This document shows, in pieces, positions 27,017 to 33,808 of a DNA stretch of 33,808 nt. Every line of letters begins with the position of its first letter. The first letter of the stretch is position 1. Where the stretch lies: positions 65,488 through 99,295 of the forward strand of contig JBJEGD010000035.1 of the NCBI GenBank assembly GCA_051874735.1, written 5' to 3'. The position numbers and the translations under genes are program-made. Below the pieces are notes generated by a model. It was given only the letters and a program-made list of their open reading frames with translations, did no database searches and was not told where the DNA came from. Source of the DNA: Candidatus Bruticola sp. Lineage in GTDB: Bacteria; Vulcanimicrobiota; Xenobia; Xenobiales; Xenobiaceae.

Positions 27017-28432
27017 ATGCGTCTTTGTATTTTAGGAGGAGGCCCTGGCGGATATACTGCTGCCGTAAGGGCTGCTCTTTTAGGATTTGAAGTGACTCTG
27101 GTAGAGCAGGATAAAAATTTGGGTGGAACCTGCCTTAACCGAGGTTGTATACCTACTAAGGCATTAGTAGAAACAGCTTGCCGTTTTCAAGAAGCTAAAA
27201 ATGGGGCCGATTTCGGTTTGCTGATTGAGCCTCCCCAGCTGAACCTGGAAGCTGTGCAAGCACGTAAAAACAGTGTGGTGCGTCGTTTAGCTATGGGTGT
27301 AGATTCTCTTATGAAACGCCGGGGAGTAAAAGTAATAAATGCTCGAGGACGATTATTAAAGGATAATGAACTTGAAGCTGGAGAGGAAAGAATCACTTTC
27401 GATCGTCTAATTTTGGCTACGGGATCCTCTGTGGCCGTACCCAAAGTCTTTCCTGTGGACGGAGAGCGCATTTTGACTTCTGATCACATTTTGAATCTCA
27501 CTAAAATTCCTGAATCTTTGATTGTGGTGGGATCGGGCGCCGTCGGCATGGAGTTCGCCTCTATATTTTCCTCTTTAGGGACGCGAGTTAGCGTTGTTGA
27601 ATTAGCTGATCGTTTGCTTCCTGCTGAAGATAAAGAAATTTCCGCCGAAATTAAACGTTTGTACAGCAAAGCAGGATTAAAAATTTTTACTGGTGTTAAT
27701 ATCGAAAAATGCGAGCCTAATGAAGGCGGAGTGCGCATTTTTGGGCAAGGCCTTCCTGAAGTCGATGGTCAGTTTATGTTGGAAGGTCAGTATCTTTTGG
27801 CTGCCGTAGGACGTCGTCCCAATGTATTGGGAATAGGTTTGGAAGAAGCTGGAGTGGAGCTGGATTGCAGCGGTTTTGTTAAGATTGATAATTTTATGCG
27901 CACTTCAGTACCTTATATATATGCTGTAGGAGATATTGTGCCTGCTCCAAAATTGGCTCATATGGCCGCAGCTGAGGCTATTTTAGCTGTTGAACATATG
28001 GCCGGTCTTGATGTGCAGCCTCTGAACTATAATTTCTGCCCTTCCGCTACTTATTGTCGGCCCGAAGTCGCCAGTGTAGGCCTAACTCAGGAGCAAGCTG
28101 AGGCTCAGGGATACAAGTTGGCTATAGGAAAATTCCCTATGGCAGCTTTGGGTAAAGCGAATATCAGCGGACACACTGAAGGGTTTGTGAAAATTATCGC
28201 TTGTGCTGAAAAACATAAAGTGCTGGGAGTCCATATTATAGGCGAGCATGCCTGCGATCTTATAGCTGAAGGTGTACTAGCTTTGCAGCAGGGAGCGTGC
28301 TTAGAAGACATAGCCACTGCTGTTCACCCTCATCCGAGTCTGTCGGAGGCGGTGGCTGAGGCTGCACATCATGCCTTGGGAGCTCCTATAAATTTTATCC
28401 CTGCTCCCGCTCGCCGCGGTAGGCGTCTTTAA
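27017..28432 (+). CDS. lpdA: Dihydrolipoyl dehydrogenase (E3)
   Basis: GGGPGGY, GGTCLNRGCIPTK redox disulfide, GSGAVGME, AVGD, HPHPSLSE. Confidence 0.95.
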   Translation: MRLCILGGGPGGYTAAVRAALLGFEVTLVEQDKNLGGTCLNRGCIPTKALVETACRFQEAKNGADFGLLIEPPQLNLEAVQARKNSVVRRLAMGVDSLMKRRGVKVINARGRLLKDNELEAGEERITFDRLILATGSSVAVPKVFPVDGERILTSDHILNLTKIPESLIVVGSGAVGMEFASIFSSLGTRVSVVELADRLLPAEDKEISAEIKRLYSKAGLKIFTGVNIEKCEPNEGGVRIFGQGLPEVDGQFMLEGQYLLAAVGRRPNVLGIGLEEAGVELDCSGFVKIDNFMRTSVPYIYAVGDIVPAPKLAHMAAAEAILAVEHMAGLDVQPLNYNFCPSATYCRPEVASVGLTQEQAEAQGYKLAIGKFPMAALGKANISGHTEGFVKIIACAEKHKVLGVHIIGEHACDLIAEGVLALQQGACLEDIATAVHPHPSLSEAVAEAAHHALGAPINFIPAPARRGRRL

Positions 28433-28473
28433 TTTTACATGAAGTAAAGGCTGATAAGGGAGGTTATCCTGTT

Positions 28474-29442
28474 TTGACAGACCAAGATACGCAACTCAAA
28501 AGTATTGAGGCCAATTTTATGGCGGAAGAAGAGCTTACAATTCCAGAGTATGGTTCTGAAGGATGGAAAAATAATCCGCCTAAGCCTGAGTGGCTTAAAG
28601 TGCGCATGTACACTAATAACTCTTACGGACATGTCAGTACGACTCTTAAGAAGCAGACTTTGCATACTGTCTGTCAGGAAGCTCGATGCCCCAATATTTC
28701 TGAGTGCTGGAGCTGCGGAACAGCAACTTTCATGATTTTGGGTAGCATCTGTACTAGAGGATGCGCTTATTGTGCAGTCAATAAAGGAAAGCCTTTACCT
28801 TTAGAAGAGCATGAGGCTGAACGTTTGGCCGAAGCAGCTGCTCAATTGAATATTAAGTATCTTGTAATTACGTCTGTCACTCGTGACGATCTGTCCGATG
28901 GAGGAGCTGCCTGCTTTGCCGAAGTTATTCGAGCCGTGCGGGTTGCTTCGCCTGAAACTAAAGTTGAAGTGCTGATCCCTGACTTCGGCGGCAATTTGTC
29001 ATCGTTGCAAACGGTCTTGCAAGCTGAGCCTCAGGTACTTAATCACAACGTAGAAACCGTAGCTCGGCTTTATCCTCGCGTGCGCTCTCGAGGAAATTAT
29101 GAACGTTGTCTCAGCATACTTAAATACGCCAGAGAACATCTTCCGGCCACTTGCCTTACGAAATCAGGTTTAATGGTCGGTTTGGGAGAAAGTCATCGTG
29201 AAGTTCTGCAGGTTATGGATGATCTGCGGTCTGTTGGTACAGATATTTTAACTATTGGACAGTATTTGCGCCCCAGCTTAAGGAATGTGCCTGTGTTGAG
29301 ATACCGAACTCCGGAAGAGTTTAATTTTTACCGTCAAGAAGGATTGAAACGTGGTTTCAAGTACGTAGAATCATCGCCATTAGCCCGATCCTCTTACCAT
29401 GCGCGCTCTCATTCGGAGCCTCTGTTAAGCGCTAAAGGCTAA
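28474..29442 (+). CDS. lipA: Lipoyl synthase
   Basis: CQEARCPNISEC auxiliary cluster motif, CTRGCAYC, NHNVETV, GQYL, RSSY; GGAGG before TTG. Confidence 0.95.
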   Translation: MTDQDTQLKSIEANFMAEEELTIPEYGSEGWKNNPPKPEWLKVRMYTNNSYGHVSTTLKKQTLHTVCQEARCPNISECWSCGTATFMILGSICTRGCAYCAVNKGKPLPLEEHEAERLAEAAAQLNIKYLVITSVTRDDLSDGGAACFAEVIRAVRVASPETKVEVLIPDFGGNLSSLQTVLQAEPQVLNHNVETVARLYPRVRSRGNYERCLSILKYAREHLPATCLTKSGLMVGLGESHREVLQVMDDLRSVGTDILTIGQYLRPSLRNVPVLRYRTPEEFNFYRQEGLKRGFKYVESSPLARSSYHARSHSEPLLSAKG

Positions 29443-29559
29443 CTCCCCCAATAAATAGTCTCCACAGTTTCGGTCAGATTACACTTACTTTTCTTTTATA
29501 CTATCAGAATAAACATCTATTAGGCAGTCTTATTTATCAGCGAAAGGCCGGAATTTGCA

Positions 29560-32500
29560 ATGTTTCGAGTTATAAAAAACATTTTTCGCAAAGAAAATAT
29601 TGAGTCGGCAGACCATCCACCCCTTACAGAGTATACCGCTGCGGAAGCCGGCTTCTGTGTCTTTCGTGAAGATGATGTCGTCTCTTTTGCTCTAGGACAG
29701 AATCGAGTTCCTGTTTTTCAGGTTGACGGTCCAATTGCAATATCTGCTCCCGAGCTGTCCAGACGTAAGCGTGAGGGAGGAGAGGCCTATGTCTATAAAT
29801 TTGGCCCTTATTTTACCGTAACTTTTATTCCTGCAGCTGAGAAAACCGATTTTACTCAGGAATATACGGTAAAGAAGGCTGTTTCTATGAAGGGATGCGG
29901 TGGACGTTGGGGCATCGACATTCGAGCTGCTTTCGGTGCTAACTGTGTACGCTATTTGATAGAAATAGATGGTAATTGCGCCATTAAAGGCATGCAGGAG
30001 ATCAACTTTAAGGAAAATAGGGAGCACATAGAGATCCCCTCCTTAGAGGAAATGGTTTCTATTTTGCACAGTATTATCGATCAAAAACGTACTGTAATCA
30101 GTTGTATGCACGGTTTTATACGCCGTTGTTCCGATTATTCTGTATTTAATGTAGTAAACTTCATAAAAGAGCAATTCGCCGAGCATGAGGAACTTTTGCA
30201 AGGCGAGGTTAGTGAAGCTGAGTTGCGGATTAAATCGTCTGGTCGTTCTGTTGGTGCACCAGTCATGAGAGCTGTCTGCATTATCGCCGATATATTTTTA
30301 GGGAGCATCACGACCGATTCTCTGCGTCATTGTTTAGCTAAACAGCAGATTGTGCAGATTAGTGCGGCGGCTGTCGAGGCAGCAGTGGCTTTCTTTAATG
30401 AAATAGCTCCTGAAGATATAACTGATGAGAAAATACGGCAGGCTTGTCTATTTTTGAATTCTACCGGTAAAGGACGCACTTTCCGTTCTACTATTTGCGA
30501 TATCGTAGAAGATGGCGATCGTAAAACTTCCGTTTCCGCTTTGCGCAAACTGCTCAAAGTAGTGCCCGACAATGATGAAGGACTAGCCTCTCGCCGCTGC
30601 GCTCTCTGTTCTTTGTTGGAGGCTAATGGTAAAAAAATTGCTCCGGATACTATTTCGGCTCTTTGTCTTTTTGTCGATTTGGAAGCACATATTATTGATG
30701 AAGATTTAATAGAACAGTTTTTACCTGAAACTTACTTGAGTGAACATTCTCTTTATGCCACTATGGCTGTGGGACAAGTTTTCGGTTTAAATTTAACTAG
30801 TTTTAGTTTAAAAGGAAAAACGTACGACAGTATTTTGTATGACTTCAATAAATTACTGTCTATATCGAAGCATGGTGCTTTAGCTTTATTTATAGATTCT
30901 CGTCAAGACGCTTTTAAAATTTTATATGTCAAAGATAGTAAAGAACTGCAGGATCTGTGCGCTACCGATTATACGTTTACTGGTATAATAATTGTTGATA
31001 TTCCTATTATCTATCGCGTAAGCACTTTAGATATGGCTTTCTTTTTGCAGAAAGGCATACCAATTTTAACTCGTTTCTGTGAAGAGGGAGGAGCGTTGCG
31101 CTGGTCCGTCTTCAGTGCTAAGCAGGTTGGTGAATTGCCCTTTTCTGTGGTCGGGCGCTACGGATTTATAGATGGTTATAAAGTTTGCCGCTTTAATAAT
31201 CGCGTGGTAGGACGCCTATTAAACTGTACCGCGGAGCAACTGATTGGCAAAACGAAAATAGCTGCCGAATATGTTGATGCTCAAGGGAATGTGTGTTACC
31301 GCTTTATTGACAGTGTTGAAAAAGTGGATGATATTCTGCAAGCTGATGATAGCAGTCTAAAGTTTAACGGCAGAATTGTAGAGTTCCCCCTATTCAAAAG
31401 TTTCGCTAGTCGTATATTAGAGAGCAGCATTGATACCTTGGCTGGTCTAGATAGTTTTGAAAAGAAGACTACAAGCCGTTTAGATCTGTGCTGTTTAGGA
31501 GCTTGGGCTGCTCTTACAGAAGATTCCAATTTAGTTTCCGCGGCTCAAGATCAGAAAGTTCTCAATGTACTGAGACGTCAAATCCGCTCAACTGAATTGG
31601 CTGCTACTTTAGGCGGGGCTGTCAGTTCATCAGTTTGCTGGCGTTTGGGCATATTATTAGGCCCAAAAGATCACAAATTGCATGGCGATCTCAAATTATC
31701 TCCGGCTTTGACTGCTGCTTGTCATATCGAGAGTTTTGCCAAAGTGGCTGCTATGATCGTGCTTGGTAATATTTTGAGCTGTCCTGGGGCAATTCTTAAT
31801 TCACAGTACCTTTTATGGAATCCGTCACTGATGCGTTCTTTAATTCAGAAAGAGCTGTTCAAACTGATTGATGGAGGAACTGGAAAAGTCCGCAAGGCAG
31901 CCTGCTACTTTTTGGCCAGCAATCTGTTTGTATCTGATAAAGATAGCTTTGAAACTTCAGCTGCTAAACTTCGTTCTCTTTTGAATGATAAATATCTAGA
32001 AGAGGTTGCTGCTCATGCTTTGGCTAGGCTCTCTTTAGCTTTGACAGTGCACATACCTGCAGAAGCTCAAGTGGAAGGGTGGGATAGAGCTGAAAACTCC
32101 GATGCCGCCGATTTAGAATCTGCCGAAGAAATCGCTGCTAATGTCAACAGTTGGCTTGATGATCCTGATAAAAGCCCTCAGGATAAGCTTATTGAGGCGC
32201 CAGCTTTAGCTAATATTCGCGGTGAGAAGCCTAAAATTAAGCTTTTAAGCAAGTATATAATCAAAGTTAATGGGGCCTTTCAGCGAGAATCTTCCTCCGG
32301 AGTCCATTCTTACATTATTCTGCCGCCAAATTTCGCCAACACTCAGCGTCAAAAGCTTGTGGCTGCTTGGCGCAGTTTTTTAAGCGGTCGCAATCTTCCC
32401 CTCAGTAGTAAAGATTACGGTATGAATATTTTTGATAGTTTTCTCAACTATCTGCCCGGTTATGAACAAACTTCTCAAAATGAAATTGCGCTGCAGGATC

Positions 32501-33069
32501 TTGATATCTTCGATTTAACAAGCGGCTATAAACTAGCTCCAGGATCGGACCCTTTCTTTATAAAATTAGCCTCTCTGATTCCTCCTCCCGCTCGAACTGG
32601 CGATTTTGAATCGAGTACTCTACCTGTTATCTGCCGCAGTCCTTATAAATTGGCTGATGGAGAGGCTGTCGATCTTGGTATTTGCGAGGTGCTTAACGTA
32701 GAAAGTAATGAATGGGTTCCTTTCTTAGATTTCCGTTTTTGTATGGCTTTGCATTTAAGCGCTGAAAATCGTATTTTGTACGAAACTTTAGGCTATTTAT
32801 ACACTAGAGTTGTTAAGGCCAAGCAAGCTGATTCTGTTAGGGAGGAAAGTGTGGCGGAGTTCTCTGCTGAGCTGATAGCTGCTGACACTAAAGAAGTAAT
32901 TGCTACCGATCAAAAGTGTCGTATGTGTCTGACTTTAGAGAGTACTGCCGAACGTTTAGCTTCTTCATTTCAAATTGATTCAGATTCTATTGCTAAGGTT
33001 CAGCATATTCTCTTAGGGGTAAGAAATCAGAGCCTTTATAAGCTTCCTGGGGGAGTAGAAGTTAGATAA
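29560..33069 (+). CDS. Large hypothetical protein (1169 aa) with helical HEAT/ARM-like segments
   Basis: Long open frame; VRKAACYFLA...EVAAHALARL resembles HEAT repeats; no catalytic motif recognised. Confidence 0.65.
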   Translation: MFRVIKNIFRKENIESADHPPLTEYTAAEAGFCVFREDDVVSFALGQNRVPVFQVDGPIAISAPELSRRKREGGEAYVYKFGPYFTVTFIPAAEKTDFTQEYTVKKAVSMKGCGGRWGIDIRAAFGANCVRYLIEIDGNCAIKGMQEINFKENREHIEIPSLEEMVSILHSIIDQKRTVISCMHGFIRRCSDYSVFNVVNFIKEQFAEHEELLQGEVSEAELRIKSSGRSVGAPVMRAVCIIADIFLGSITTDSLRHCLAKQQIVQISAAAVEAAVAFFNEIAPEDITDEKIRQACLFLNSTGKGRTFRSTICDIVEDGDRKTSVSALRKLLKVVPDNDEGLASRRCALCSLLEANGKKIAPDTISALCLFVDLEAHIIDEDLIEQFLPETYLSEHSLYATMAVGQVFGLNLTSFSLKGKTYDSILYDFNKLLSISKHGALALFIDSRQDAFKILYVKDSKELQDLCATDYTFTGIIIVDIPIIYRVSTLDMAFFLQKGIPILTRFCEEGGALRWSVFSAKQVGELPFSVVGRYGFIDGYKVCRFNNRVVGRLLNCTAEQLIGKTKIAAEYVDAQGNVCYRFIDSVEKVDDILQADDSSLKFNGRIVEFPLFKSFASRILESSIDTLAGLDSFEKKTTSRLDLCCLGAWAALTEDSNLVSAAQDQKVLNVLRRQIRSTELAATLGGAVSSSVCWRLGILLGPKDHKLHGDLKLSPALTAACHIESFAKVAAMIVLGNILSCPGAILNSQYLLWNPSLMRSLIQKELFKLIDGGTGKVRKAACYFLASNLFVSDKDSFETSAAKLRSLLNDKYLEEVAAHALARLSLALTVHIPAEAQVEGWDRAENSDAADLESAEEIAANVNSWLDDPDKSPQDKLIEAPALANIRGEKPKIKLLSKYIIKVNGAFQRESSSGVHSYIILPPNFANTQRQKLVAAWRSFLSGRNLPLSSKDYGMNIFDSFLNYLPGYEQTSQNEIALQDLDIFDLTSGYKLAPGSDPFFIKLASLIPPPARTGDFESSTLPVICRSPYKLADGEAVDLGICEVLNVESNEWVPFLDFRFCMALHLSAENRILYETLGYLYTRVVKAKQADSVREESVAEFSAELIAADTKEVIATDQKCRMCLTLESTAERLASSFQIDSDSIAKVQHILLGVRNQSLYKLPGGVEVR

Positions 33070-33653
33070 TCGCTATTTTCTGTTAGCGGCGTCCTTAGGT
33101 TTAAGGACGCCCATTTTTTTATATGGTGGAAAGAGCAAAAATTGTTCATAAAATGAAAACTGACGGCAAAAGATAGGCTATTAGTTTGGAGAGATACTGC
33201 TCCTAGAAATATGCCCAAGCAGAAAGCTAAAAATGGCCAAAACCACATTTGCTTTGAGGCATAGTGAAGCAAGCCGAAAATAGTTGACGAAAGCAGGAGG
33301 CCCATCAGGGGTAGTAGCGTGCCTCTGAAGAGCAGCTCTTCACAAAATCCAGACAATATCGCTAAAAAAAGACATTGTGCAATTGTAAAGTGCTGAAATA
33401 TTGAGCCGGTTAAATACAAATAGTTTTGAACTGTTTGGTTTTTATGTTCGGCTAGTTTATTGAGGATCCATTTGGAAGACCCAGCAAAACAGAAGCCGCC
33501 AACAGCTCCGCCAATCCAACCGCTGATAGAGTTAAACTTGTTGATCAGCTCGATGTCAAAATAATAGCTTAAGATTAAGGCAGTAGTTAAGACGGCTAAT
33601 TGTACGGCAGTCAGACAGAAAAAAAGTTTTTGCTGATATTTATTTGAGAACAT
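33036..33653 (-). CDS. CPBP (CAAX/Abi) intramembrane glutamic endopeptidase
   Basis: EELLFRG, FGLLH, HFMNN motifs in a multi-TM protein; 3' end overlaps the large ORF by 34 bp. Confidence 0.88.
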   Translation of the reverse strand: MFSNKYQQKLFFCLTAVQLAVLTTALILSYYFDIELINKFNSISGWIGGAVGGFCFAGSSKWILNKLAEHKNQTVQNYLYLTGSIFQHFTIAQCLFLAILSGFCEELLFRGTLLPLMGLLLSSTIFGLLHYASKQMWFWPFLAFCLGIFLGAVSLQTNSLSFAVSFHFMNNFCSFHHIKKWASLNLRTPLTENSDYLTSTPPGSL

Positions 33654-33766
33654 GATTCTAAGAAAAAAATAAACAATTTTATTGTGTTTACGAAAGATAA
33701 AATTATAGTGATAAAATAGTATAGCGGATTTTTTATAATTTAGGAGGTTCTGTTATAACGCATAAA

Positions 33767-33802
33767 ATGGTTTGCGAGAATCTTAAGATGGTTTGCGAGA
33801 AT
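33767..33802 (+). repeat. Direct repeat ATGGTTTGCGAGAAT x2, 21-bp period
   Basis: Exact 15-mer at 33767-33781 and 33788-33802. Confidence 0.85.
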
Positions 33803-33808
33803 TTTTAG

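Noticed and set aside
33036-33653. CPBP protease as leader peptidase or immunity factor for the CVCW peptide
   Set aside because: It lies about 23 kb away with no linkage evidence; such proteases are widespread.
33767-33808. CRISPR array
   Set aside because: Repeat of 15 bp with a 6-bp spacer and two copies; no cas genes.

Overview
Bacterial chromosomal window with no rRNA, tRNA, CRISPR array or recognisable mobile element. The DnaK lacks the diderm-type insert, pointing to a Terrabacteria lineage. Left to right: (1) a tandem array of five paralogous acidic surface lipoproteins sharing an N-terminal domain, the first two a mosaic near-duplicate; (2) on the minus strand, an RRE-less anSME-like radical SAM/SPASM enzyme translationally coupled (GTGA overlap) to an unannotated 30-aa peptide ending DCVCWVKA, preceded by a helix-rich leader, an AI-2E transporter and a secreted two-domain protein; this is the best candidate for an undescribed system (new RiPP-type locus); (3) an operon of a TerB-like protein, an RluA-type pseudouridine synthase, a crotonase and a DpgA-like type III PKS, with no dpgC or NRPS in view; (4) a solitary dnaK; (5) an 8-oxoguanine deaminase-like amidohydrolase, two exported phosphatases, a zinc-ribbon membrane protein, an OPT transporter and an Xaa-Pro aminopeptidase; (6) a small Cys protein, lpdA and lipA; (7) a 1169-aa orphan overlapping a CPBP protease, and a 21-bp-period direct repeat at the window end. 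All family calls come from motif recognition by eye, not from searches.
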